A stretch of 25,935 bases of DNA, taken from contig JBMORX010000004.1 in assembly GCA_049322615.1 (NCBI GenBank), forward strand, positions 1-25,935. The letters run 5' to 3'. Below are positions 6,028 through 13,707 of this stretch, in pieces. Under the pieces are notes generated by a model that saw only the letters and a list, made by a program, of their open reading frames with translations, was not told the DNA's origin and did not search any database. The position numbers were made by a program, and so were the translations under genes. This DNA is from Patescibacteria group bacterium. Its GTDB lineage: Bacteria; Patescibacteriota; Microgenomatia; CAYGWK01. Within the stretch, counting starts at the first letter, position 1. Each line of letters begins with the position of its first letter.

Positions 6028-6094
6028 AAGGTTCCTGCTTGGCGATAAGAGCCCTCGGGCTCTTCCGAAAGGATAGCCAGGCAGGTCATTTTTT
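6028..6094 (+). ncRNA. candidate ~65-nt structured small RNA (three-helix fold plus U-tract), convergent with the DUF3800 gene
   Basis: P1 is 6034-6043 / 6076-6085 (10 bp). P2 is AGAGCC (6048-6053) / GGCTCT (6058-6063), loop CUCG. P3 is TCC (6064-6066) / GGA (6071-6073), loop GAAA. T6 at 6089-6094. The 6039:6080 pair is U-G on the plus strand but A-C on the minus strand. Confidence 0.45.
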
Positions 6095-6785
6095 AATAGT
6101 ACACCGTCGTTCCTCTTCTGAAAATAGGGAATTCGCTTTTAATTTTGTCCTTAATTTCGTTATAAGGTCTTAGTTCGTTTCTTTCGTTTTTAACATAGAC
6201 TGCCCAGCCACAATAATCGGCAATTTGACAGTTAATATCTGCTCTTGCTTGGTGAAAATAGACATGGAATGGTTTTTGGAAATGTTGTTTAAGATAGGAT
6301 TTGAGGGTTTTCAAAATAATTTGTCGTTTGCTCTTAGTAAAAATGGCATCGAGCACCACAATAATTTGGTCAATATCAGAATTGTCATACCTTCTAAATA
6401 CGTACTGTAGTAAAGTTTGACAAACCGTTCGATAAAATTCAGCCTCCACCTCTCTTGTTATTAGTCGCCCCCTTTTAGTATATTCCTCTATATAAAGACT
6501 TGGGTTTGCTTTATTTTTCTGGGCTACTACCGAATCAACAATACAATCGTTCAACTGCTTGATTAAGTCATAGACTTTATCCCGGACAACCTGTTCATCT
6601 TCGGTTGCATGGAAGCTTTCTTTATCTATGCCGTCTGATAAAAGTTGATAGCGGGCTTTTAAAAAATTACCTCGCTGTATTAAGGGTGTTAGTGTCGAAA
6701 CGCTTGTTAAAACAAAATATTTTGTCCCAGCGGACGAAAAGTCAAAGTTTCCTGACTCGTCAATAAAAATAAAAAGATTTTCCAT
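6093..6785 (-). CDS. DUF3800 domain protein
   Basis: MENLFIFIDESGNFDF... (N-terminal DESG motif) and ...ADINCQIADYCGWAVY (C-terminal Q-x-A-D motif) are the two hallmark DUF3800 blocks. ATG 6785 is preferred over the track's GTG 6794. Confidence 0.8.
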   Translation of the reverse strand: MENLFIFIDESGNFDFSSAGTKYFVLTSVSTLTPLIQRGNFLKARYQLLSDGIDKESFHATEDEQVVRDKVYDLIKQLNDCIVDSVVAQKNKANPSLYIEEYTKRGRLITREVEAEFYRTVCQTLLQYVFRRYDNSDIDQIIVVLDAIFTKSKRQIILKTLKSYLKQHFQKPFHVYFHQARADINCQIADYCGWAVYVKNERNELRPYNEIKDKIKSEFPIFRRGTTVYY

Positions 6786-6931
6786 ATGGACCACACAAGC
6801 TCAATTTATAAAATAAATACCCCACGAAAAAAGGGCAGGGCGATTTAAATTTTAGCAAAAATTGATCCGTAAATCTAGAAACAAGCTTGTTTTATTCACC
6901 TGATTTTTAGAAGTTAACTTACGAGACAGCG

Positions 6932-6960
6932 TTGATTTTGCATAACGAGCTTTCTATAAT
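6932..6960 (+). promoter_or_regulatory. sigma70 promoter TTGATT-17 nt-TATAAT, ending 6 nt before ATG 6967
   Basis: TTGATT 6932-6937, TATAAT 6955-6960, GAAGTT, then ATG. Confidence 0.6.
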
Positions 6961-6966
6961 GAAGTT

Positions 6967-7854
6967 ATGTTGCTTGCCCATCTAAAGCATTTTTTTCTAC
7001 CCCAGGAATCCAATAATTTCCGGGCGAAAATTCTCCACCACCAGTCTTTAAGTTATTTTTCGGTTCTCTTTTTGGCTTTTCAACTTGTTCTTTCGACTAT
7101 TCTTTTGGTAAAACCGGTGGTTTTAGGCTACGCCTCCCAGATTTCTCCGGAAAAAGTAATTGAGCTGACAAACCAGGAGCGAGCCAAGGTTGACGCTCCA
7201 GCCTTAAAACTTAATTCTCTCTTAAATGAAGCCGCTCAAAGAAAAGCCGGAGACATGTTTGCTTTTGATTACTGGGCTCATTCCTCCCCTTCGGGCAGAG
7301 ATCCCTGGACATTTTTTAAGGAAGTAGGCTACCGCTATCTTTATGCTGGGGAAAATTTGGCTCGGGATTTTTCCTCACCCGAGGCGGTGGTTTCCGCCTG
7401 GATGGCTTCGCCAACCCATCGAGAGAATATTTTAAATCCTAAATATCAAGAAATAGGAATTTCCGTAGTTGACGGAACCCTGGGGGGGACAGAAACAACT
7501 TTGGTGGTTCAATTTTTTGGCACCCCAGTTTCTCCAGTGCCGGTGGCGAAAAAACCAGAAGTGGTCACGCCTGAAGTAGAAAAACCTCAACCTTTGGTTT
7601 TTGAAATTCCCGCTGGGACGCCGATTTTATCTCGGGCAACCGGAAAAGAGAAGGCTTTGACTAATCCGTTTTTGCTAACGAAAAATTTAGGCATAGGTAT
7701 TTTAGGAATAATCGTCGGAGTGATGATTTTGGATGGAGCGATTGTTTTTCGCAGAAAAACCTGGCGGCTTTCTGGAAGATCACTGGCTCACACCATATTT
7801 TTGACCGGAGTGATTTTGATAATCATTTTATCAACTCAAGGAGCAATTTTGTGA
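6967..7854 (+). CDS. CAP/SCP (YkwD-like) domain protein with N- and C-terminal TM segments
   Basis: ELTNQERAKVDAPALKLNSLLNEAAQRKAGDM...WAHSSPSGRDPW...YAGENLARDF...AWMASPTHRENILNPKYQEIGISV matches the CAP domain. Hydrophobic N-terminus and C-terminal TMs. Confidence 0.85.
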   Translation: MLLAHLKHFFLPQESNNFRAKILHHQSLSYFSVLFLAFQLVLSTILLVKPVVLGYASQISPEKVIELTNQERAKVDAPALKLNSLLNEAAQRKAGDMFAFDYWAHSSPSGRDPWTFFKEVGYRYLYAGENLARDFSSPEAVVSAWMASPTHRENILNPKYQEIGISVVDGTLGGTETTLVVQFFGTPVSPVPVAKKPEVVTPEVEKPQPLVFEIPAGTPILSRATGKEKALTNPFLLTKNLGIGILGIIVGVMILDGAIVFRRKTWRLSGRSLAHTIFLTGVILIIILSTQGAIL

Positions 7855-8102
7855 GAGAGAATATTATTCACTATCTAGTTTTACTGGTCATTTTGGATTT
7901 AGCCATTGCCGCCTTTTTTCTTTTTTCTTTTAACAGGGGATATCAGGCAGCGGTGGTCGTCGCCATGGGAGTTTTATATATTATCTGGGGAACTGTTCAC
8001 CATCTTCTCTCCGAGGATTTTCATCTCAAGGTTGTCTTGGAATACGTTTTAATCGCCCTTCTTGCCAATTTAGTCATTCTTTCCCTTCTTTTCCGCGCCT
8101 AA
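7851..8102 (+). CDS. small three-TM membrane protein, hypothetical
   Basis: GTGA start/stop overlap with the upstream gene. SD AAGGAG lies 8 nt upstream. Three hydrophobic helices. Confidence 0.6.
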   Translation: MRENIIHYLVLLVILDLAIAAFFLFSFNRGYQAAVVVAMGVLYIIWGTVHHLLSEDFHLKVVLEYVLIALLANLVILSLLFRA

Positions 8103-9535
8103 TCTCCTTTAACCACGGCTAAAGGGACAAGTTTGACGATTTTTCGAGTTATTCCTGCCTCAACCAGAGTTTCCACGACATCTTCGATATTTTTATAGGC
8201 GCCGGGGGCTTCATCAGCGATTTTGTGAAAAGGAAGATTATAAATGATTGAGCCCATACTCGTTTCAAATTGGTCTTTGGAAATAGTCCTAAAAGCCTCT
8301 TTTCGGCTCATTAGCCTGCCGGCGCCATGATTGACAGAAAAAAAGGTTTCCGAGGCTTTGGGGGTGCCGACGAGAACGTAGGAGGGTGTTCCCATGCTTC
8401 CGGGAACAATTGCCGGATGACCGGTGGCGAGATATTTCTGGGGATTTTTCGGGTGCCCAGCCGGAAGCGCCCTCGTCGCCCCTTTCCGGTGAATTAACAA
8501 CTTCCCACTTCCCACTTCTTTCTTCGCACTTCCCGCCGTTTCCCATTTGGCAATGTTATGGGCAACGTCATAAACGAGACTGAATTTAATGCCTGGGAAG
8601 AACCCTGTTAGTAAATTCTCAAGTTCAAACATAATCAGTTGACGATTGGCAAAAGCAAAATTAACTGATGCAGCCATGGCGCAAAAATAGTTTTGTCCTT
8701 CTGGAGTTTCAATTGGCAAAGCAGCCAAGCCTTTTCTTGGGATTTCCATTTTGTATTTATCCCTGGCATTCCAAAAAATTTCCGTATAATCAACACAAGT
8801 CTGGTGCCCTAAGGCGCGGGAGCCACAATGAACCATAAAACAAATCTGGTTTGGGGAAAGTCCCCAAGTTTTGGCAATTTCTGGGTCGGAGATTTCTTCA
8901 ATTTTTTGGAATTCAATAAAGTGATTTCCCGAACCCAAAGTGCCGACTTCCCGATCTGCTCTTTTTAAAGCCCTGGGAGTTAAGGCTTCATATCTTGCCT
9001 CTTTCAATCTTCCGCCTTCCTCAATAGACTGAAGATCTTCTGGTTTGCCATATCCCTGATTTACCACAAATTCCGCTCCGCCTAAAACTACGTCTTTAAG
9101 GGTAATTCTGGGGGGAAGGGCTCGTCTTTCACCACCTAAACCAATGGGAATTTCTCGCTCGATCTTGTGGATTAGGGTGCGCAGAGTCTCCGGAGAAAAA
9201 GTTTTTTCGTTATAACTTAAATTTGTACTGATTAGCCTTACCCCACAGTTTATATCCATGCCAACGGCGCCAACCGAGATAAGACCAGTGGTTGCCATCA
9301 CTCCGCCAATAGGCAGACCAAAACCTTCGTGGATATCAGGCATGCCCACCACTGGGGAGATAACGCCAGGCAACATCGCGGCTTCAGCCAGCTGAAGCAA
9401 AGATAAATCCTGCTTAATCTGTTCAAGCATCTGGGGCTTTAAGTAAATTACTGCCTCAACCTTCATCCCAGGAATTTTTTCAATTCGGTATTTGTTGACG
9501 CCGACTTTTTCAAGTTTAATTTCTGGAAGTTCCAT
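8099..9535 (-). CDS. rtcB: RNA-splicing ligase RtcB (3'-phosphate/5'-hydroxyl RNA ligase)
   Basis: 478 aa with DIHEGFG, MDINCGVR, GSGNHFIEFQ, HCGSRALGHQ, HRKGATRA and VNHGAGR blocks, typical of RtcB. Confidence 0.95.
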   Translation of the reverse strand: MELPEIKLEKVGVNKYRIEKIPGMKVEAVIYLKPQMLEQIKQDLSLLQLAEAAMLPGVISPVVGMPDIHEGFGLPIGGVMATTGLISVGAVGMDINCGVRLISTNLSYNEKTFSPETLRTLIHKIEREIPIGLGGERRALPPRITLKDVVLGGAEFVVNQGYGKPEDLQSIEEGGRLKEARYEALTPRALKRADREVGTLGSGNHFIEFQKIEEISDPEIAKTWGLSPNQICFMVHCGSRALGHQTCVDYTEIFWNARDKYKMEIPRKGLAALPIETPEGQNYFCAMAASVNFAFANRQLIMFELENLLTGFFPGIKFSLVYDVAHNIAKWETAGSAKKEVGSGKLLIHRKGATRALPAGHPKNPQKYLATGHPAIVPGSMGTPSYVLVGTPKASETFFSVNHGAGRLMSRKEAFRTISKDQFETSMGSIIYNLPFHKIADEAPGAYKNIEDVVETLVEAGITRKIVKLVPLAVVKGD

Positions 9536-9542
9536 AATTTTA

Positions 9543-9551
9543 ATTTTAACA
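9543..9551 (-). promoter_or_regulatory. extended -10 (TGtTAAAAT), 7 nt upstream of the rtcB ATG
   Basis: Minus strand reads TGTTAAAAT-TAAAATT-ATG(9535). Confidence 0.45.
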
Positions 9552-9578
9552 CATTTTCTGGCATAACCACGTTTGACG

Positions 9579-9587
9579 TGGTATAAT
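9579..9587 (+). promoter_or_regulatory. extended -10 (TGgTATAAT), 9 nt upstream of ATG 9597
   Basis: TG 9579-9580, TATAAT 9582-9587. Confidence 0.55.
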
Positions 9588-9596
9588 ACGCCTTAT

Positions 9597-10091
9597 ATGC
9601 AGCTTATTTTCAACAACCCAACTAAGGGAAAATTAACTACCGACCAGGTGGTTTCGGAAATTGTGGATTTTATTGGTGAGGACAAGAAAGTTTCTTATTC
9701 CTTGGTCATCGGGACTGATTCTCAAGAAAAACGCCTAAATGGACTAAGGGAGATTGATTTTGTTACCGCCGTAGTTATTCATCGTCACGGAAAAGGGGGC
9801 AGATATTTTTGGACTAAAAGCAAAAAGCAAAAAATCTATTCTCTTCGAGATAAAATTTATGCCGAGACTCTGGCTTCGCTTGAATTAGCCCAAAACTTGG
9901 TTCCACTTCTTAAAAATTCTCTTCATCCCTTGGCTCCTTATGATTTGGAAATCCACATTGATGTTGGCGAGGTCGGACCAACCAGGGAAATGATTAAAGA
10001 GGTGGTCGGGATGGTCGCCGGTAATGGTTTTACCGCTAAAACTAAGCCCGAAAGTTACGGCGCCTTTGTGGTCGCCGACAAACACACATAA
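9597..10091 (+). CDS. YkuK/DUF458-like RNase H-fold protein
   Basis: ...SYSLVIGTDSQ...VTAVVIHRHGKGGRYF...IHIDVG...VVADKHT matches my recollection of the YkuK family. ATG 9597 is preferred over the track's TTG 9573, which sits inside the promoter. Confidence 0.7.
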   Translation: MQLIFNNPTKGKLTTDQVVSEIVDFIGEDKKVSYSLVIGTDSQEKRLNGLREIDFVTAVVIHRHGKGGRYFWTKSKKQKIYSLRDKIYAETLASLELAQNLVPLLKNSLHPLAPYDLEIHIDVGEVGPTREMIKEVVGMVAGNGFTAKTKPESYGAFVVADKHT

Positions 10092-10105
10092 TAAAATTTC
10101 AAAAT

Positions 10106-10834
10106 ATGAAAGGCGTGGTTTTGGCTGGCGGTTTGGGAACAAGACTTTATCCTCTGACATTTGCCATTAATAAACATCTCCTTCCTGTTTTTGACAAGCC
10201 CATGGTTTTTTACCCAATTGAAACCCTAGTTCGGGCAGGAATTAAGGAGGTGATGCTCGTGGCCAGTGGACCTCACTCTGGTCACTTTATTAGCGTTTTA
10301 AAAAATGGAAAAGAACTAGGACTTAAGCATTTAGAATACGGTTATCAGAATGATGCCATCGGAGGAATTGCCGATGCTTTATCTGTTTGCGAAGATTTTT
10401 CTGATGGAGGTTCGTTGGTAGTAATTCTTGGCGATAACACCACCGATGCGGATATTGGCCCAGCAGTTCGGCGCTTCAAGGACGGAGCAGTGATTTTTTT
10501 GAAAAAAGTCTCTGACCCCGGCCGCTTTGGGGTGCCGGTTTTTGATAAAAAAGATAATAAAAAGATTATTAAAATTGAAGAAAAGCCCCAAAAACCAAAA
10601 TCGCCTTATGCTGTTACCGGTCTTTATATTTATGATAACAAGGTTTTTAACTATATAAGAAAATGTAAGCCATCTCCAAGAGGACAACTAGAAATAACTG
10701 ATGTTAATAATTTTTATATTAAAGAAGGGAAATTGCGCTGGGAAGAACTGAAAGGTTTTTGGTCTGACGCAGGTACTTTTGAATCACTTTTTAGAGCCAG
10801 CCAATATTGGGCGAAAAAGAAGGGAGTAAAATGA
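10106..10834 (+). CDS. sugar-1-phosphate nucleotidyltransferase (short RmlA/RfbA-like)
   Basis: MKGVVLAGGLGTRLYPLT...NKHLLPV (G-x-G-T-R-L signature); 242 aa. Confidence 0.85.
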   Translation: MKGVVLAGGLGTRLYPLTFAINKHLLPVFDKPMVFYPIETLVRAGIKEVMLVASGPHSGHFISVLKNGKELGLKHLEYGYQNDAIGGIADALSVCEDFSDGGSLVVILGDNTTDADIGPAVRRFKDGAVIFLKKVSDPGRFGVPVFDKKDNKKIIKIEEKPQKPKSPYAVTGLYIYDNKVFNYIRKCKPSPRGQLEITDVNNFYIKEGKLRWEELKGFWSDAGTFESLFRASQYWAKKKGVK

Positions 10835-10846
10835 AATTTCAAAAAT

Positions 10847-10903
10847 CCCTAGGTTTGAACCTAACCAACACCCGGTGTTTACTAGGTAGAAACATAAGGA
10901 AAA
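10847..10903 (+). repeat. left flanking repeat with palindrome AACACCcGGTGTT
   Basis: ccctaggtttgaacctaaccAACACCCGGTGTTtactaggtagaaacataaggaaa is about 80 percent identical to 11607-11663. Confidence 0.8.
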
Positions 10904-10912
10904 TGACCTTTA

Positions 10913-11584
10913 TTATTCTTCTAGAGTAAGGTGTTTAATTTTCTGAAGTTCTTTTTGATATTCTGCTTGGTTCAAGACGAACTCCTTGTAACTGTTTTTG
11001 GTTTTGAAGAAAGAAAGAATATCTTTGGGATCAACGAACTCATGCCTATTTTGATTTATATAATCTGAGAAGGACGACCACTGATAGTTTTCTAGGCCAT
11101 CGTTTTCTATCAAATAAGCAGAGACGGGATTAAGGTGAATATATCTTGAGACATGAAGAAATTGTTCGTCAGTTTCTATTCTGACTGCTTTAAACATTGA
11201 TTGAAAAAGTCCACCAGCGCGTTTATATTTGGTGTTGAAATAGCGGGCATAACTATTTTGAAAATTTCTCATAAAAGTAGAAATTCCATTTTCCACATTT
11301 TGCTTTAAAAGAAAATGGCAATGATTAGGCATAAGACAAAAGGTACTGATTTCTGTAAGGATTTTATGTTTTCTCAAATTTTTAAGAAAGTTTTCTTTAT
11401 CTTCTTTAGGAAGGCGTTTATAATGAGAGAAACTAAGCGGAGGTTTAATATAGCGGTAGAAATCAATAATCTCTAGTGCTCTTTGATAATCTCGAGTCTC
11501 TTTAAATACTGGAATCTGGGCTATGCTCCGATTAACCACATGATAAATTTCGTTAGTTGCGAAAATAGTTTTTCTGTATGGCAT
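10913..11584 (-). CDS. IS200-like / REP-associated tyrosine (Y1, HUH) transposase
   Basis: HUH motif in CLMPNHCHFLL. Catalytic Tyr context HVSRYIHLNPV. 223 aa. Confidence 0.85.
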   Translation of the reverse strand: MPYRKTIFATNEIYHVVNRSIAQIPVFKETRDYQRALEIIDFYRYIKPPLSFSHYKRLPKEDKENFLKNLRKHKILTEISTFCLMPNHCHFLLKQNVENGISTFMRNFQNSYARYFNTKYKRAGGLFQSMFKAVRIETDEQFLHVSRYIHLNPVSAYLIENDGLENYQWSSFSDYINQNRHEFVDPKDILSFFKTKNSYKEFVLNQAEYQKELQKIKHLTLEE

Positions 11585-11606
11585 ACCCTAATCTTAGAGA
11601 AAATTT

Positions 11607-11663
11607 CCTTAGGTGTCAACCCAGTAAACACCCGGTGTTTGTTAGGTAGAAACATAGGGAATT
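11607..11663 (+). repeat. right flanking repeat with palindrome AAACACCcGGTGTTT; touches the trmD stop codon
   Basis: ccttaggtgtcaacccagtAAACACCCGGTGTTTgttaggtagaaacatagggaat. Confidence 0.8.
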
Positions 11664-12382
11664 TAGTGGTTTTTAGGTTTTTTGAGCAGAAGGTCTGGCC
11701 GAAGTTTTTTGGTTTTTTCTAGAGATTTTTGTTTTCGCCAGTCGGCGATTTTTTTATGGTTGCCAGAAAGAAGAATTTCTGGTACTTTCCAGCCCCTATA
11801 ATTTTCTGGTCTGGTATAATGGGGAAATTCAAGTAGTTTCTCCTTGTTAAAATGATTTAAATCATTTAAACAAAACGATTCTGATTTTGTTGCCTCTGGC
11901 TTTTCTAAAACGCCTGGAATCAGTCTGACGACGGTGTCGACGACAACCATGGCTGGCAGTTCGCCACCAGTTAAAACATAATCGCCAATGGAAATCTCTT
12001 CATCAACCAAGTGTTCTCTAACTCGGTCATCCACTCCTTCGTAATGGCCACAGATTAGGATTAGATTACTAAGTTTTGAAAATTCACGAGCCATCTGTTG
12101 ATTGAAAAGTCTTCCGGATGGAGAGAGTAAAATTATTTTTGAATTTTTCTTTGTCATTTTTAATTCTTCTAGGGCTTTATAAATAGGCTCAACCATTAAA
12201 ATCATTCCTGTGCCTCCACCATATGGCCGGTCATCAACCGTTCCTCTTTTATCTTTTGCCCAGTTTCTTAAATTATGAATTTTAATCTCAACTAAACTTT
12301 TTTCTTGAGCTCGCTTGACAATAGATTCCTCAAACGGTCCTTTAAACATTTTTGGAAATAATGTTAAGATATCAATTTTCAT
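11663..12382 (-). CDS. trmD: tRNA (guanine37-N1)-methyltransferase TrmD
   Basis: [13 protein letters not shown]...[13 protein letters not shown]...[13 protein letters not shown]...[14 protein letters not shown] are classic TrmD blocks. Confidence 0.95.
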   Translation of the reverse strand: MKIDILTLFPKMFKGPFEESIVKRAQEKSLVEIKIHNLRNWAKDKRGTVDDRPYGGGTGMILMVEPIYKALEELKMTKKNSKIILLSPSGRLFNQQMAREFSKLSNLILICGHYEGVDDRVREHLVDEEISIGDYVLTGGELPAMVVVDTVVRLIPGVLEKPEATKSESFCLNDLNHFNKEKLLEFPHYTRPENYRGWKVPEILLSGNHKKIADWRKQKSLEKTKKLRPDLLLKKPKNH

Positions 12383-12391
12383 CTAAATTTA

Positions 12392-12417
12392 ATTTTACCA
12401 TAGGACTGTGCTATATT
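12392..12417. promoter_or_regulatory. back-to-back extended -10 elements in the 41-bp trmD/ugd divergent gap
   Basis: Minus strand: TGgTAAAAT (12400-12392), 9 nt before ATG 12382. Plus strand: TGcTATATT (12409-12417), 6 nt before ATG 12424. Confidence 0.5.
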
Positions 12418-12423
12418 TAAACC

Positions 12424-13707
12424 ATGAATTTGGCGGTGATTGGCGCTGGCTATGTTGGTTTGGTGACGGCTGCGGTTTTTGCCGATTTTGGCAACAAGGT
12501 TTGGGTTGTAGAAAGAGAGAACGATAAGATTGAAAAGCTTTCCCGAGGAAAAATTCCCTTTTACGAACCTGGATTAGAGAGATTGATTATCAAAAATATT
12601 AAAACTGGGCGGCTTAAATTTACCTTGAGTTATCGAGAGGCTATCCCTGACGCCGAAGTAATCTTTGTCTGTGTGGGCACCCCAAATAGAAATGGCGAGA
12701 TCGATTTGAATGATGTTCATTCAGCCACTAAATCTATCGCCAAGAATCTTAAAAAACCAGCGATTATTGTTATTAAAAGTACTGTCCCACCAGGAATAAA
12801 TAGCAAGTTAGAAAAATGGATGAAAAAATACACTAAGGTGAAGTTTGACATAGCCTCGGTACCCGAGTTTTTGCGGGAAGGTAAGGCTCTTGAAGATACT
12901 CTTAATCCTTATCGAGTAGTGATTGGGGCAGAGAAAAAATCAGTTGTCGATAAGTTGCTTAAACTTCACCACCCAATTTCTGGAGAAAGATTAATCTGCA
13001 CTCCCGCCAGCGCTCAACTGGTTAAATATGCCTCAAACGCCTTTCTGCCAACAAAAATTTCTTTTGCCAACGCCATTTCTGTTCTTTGTGAGAAATTCGG
13101 GGCTGATGTCAATAAGGTTATGGAGGGGATGGGTTTGGATAAGCGTATTGGACCAGATTTTCTGAAAGCGGGATTAGGTTACGGCGGTTCTTGTTTCCCA
13201 AAAGATATCGCGGCATTAATCAATTTAGCCAAAAAGGCAGATTATGATTTTAGAATTTTAAAAGCAGTTCAAGACACAAATCAGGCCCAGATTGATTATT
13301 TCCTTAAAAAGGTGATTCGGCTCTGTGGCGGTTCGGTTAAAGGAAAAACAATTGTTGTTCTAGGCTTAGCCTTCAAACCGGAGACTTCGGATATGCGCGA
13401 GGCACGTTCGATTCCAATTATTAGGAGATTAAAAAAAGAAGGAGCCAGAATTCGAGCGTGCGACCCGGTGGCAGCAAACGAAGCGAAAAACATTATTAAA
13501 GGGGTTAAATTTACCAGGGATCCCTATGATGCTTTAAAAGGGGCAGAAGCTTTGCTTTTAGTTACCGAATGGGACGAGTACCAAAATTTAGATTTTAAGA
13601 AAGTTAAAAAACTAATGAGAACTCCAGTTGTAGTTGATGGCAGAAATATTTATAATCGAAAGCGGTTAGAAAAATTAGGTTTTACTTATGAGGGGATAGG
13701 ACGATGA
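12424..13707 (+). CDS. ugd: UDP-glucose 6-dehydrogenase
   Basis: N-terminal GAGYVGL Rossmann motif and catalytic Cys block GYGGSCFPKD; 427 aa. Confidence 0.95.
   Translation: MNLAVIGAGYVGLVTAAVFADFGNKVWVVERENDKIEKLSRGKIPFYEPGLERLIIKNIKTGRLKFTLSYREAIPDAEVIFVCVGTPNRNGEIDLNDVHSATKSIAKNLKKPAIIVIKSTVPPGINSKLEKWMKKYTKVKFDIASVPEFLREGKALEDTLNPYRVVIGAEKKSVVDKLLKLHHPISGERLICTPASAQLVKYASNAFLPTKISFANAISVLCEKFGADVNKVMEGMGLDKRIGPDFLKAGLGYGGSCFPKDIAALINLAKKADYDFRILKAVQDTNQAQIDYFLKKVIRLCGGSVKGKTIVVLGLAFKPETSDMREARSIPIIRRLKKEGARIRACDPVAANEAKNIIKGVKFTRDPYDALKGAEALLLVTEWDEYQNLDFKKVKKLMRTPVVVDGRNIYNRKRLEKLGFTYEGIGR

Larger units (their letters stand above)
10847..11663. mobile_element. Y1/HUH transposase cassette (RAYT/IS200-like) bounded by ~57-nt imperfect direct repeats
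   Basis: The repeats at 10847-10903 and 11607-11663 bracket the transposase gene in the convergent gap between the nucleotidyltransferase gene and trmD. Confidence 0.55.

Noticed and set aside
6034-6085. The three-helix junction with a GAAA loop looked superficially like a small self-cleaving ribozyme such as a hammerhead.
   Set aside because: The conserved hammerhead core (CUGAnGA ... GAAA junction strands, NUH cleavage site) is absent. The GAAA here is a hairpin loop, not a junction strand. I cannot match it to twister, pistol or hatchet cores from memory.
8501-8535. A 7-nt periodic tract in rtcB (CTTCCCA CTTCCCA CTTCTTT CTTCGCA CTTCCCG on the plus strand; encodes GSAKKEVGSGK) considered as a third contingency repeat.
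   Set aside because: Only two units are perfect, so slippage potential is low, and rtcB is a conserved housekeeping gene. It is recorded because it shows heptamer periodicity is not exclusive to the GT-C genes, which tempers the phase-variation interpretation.
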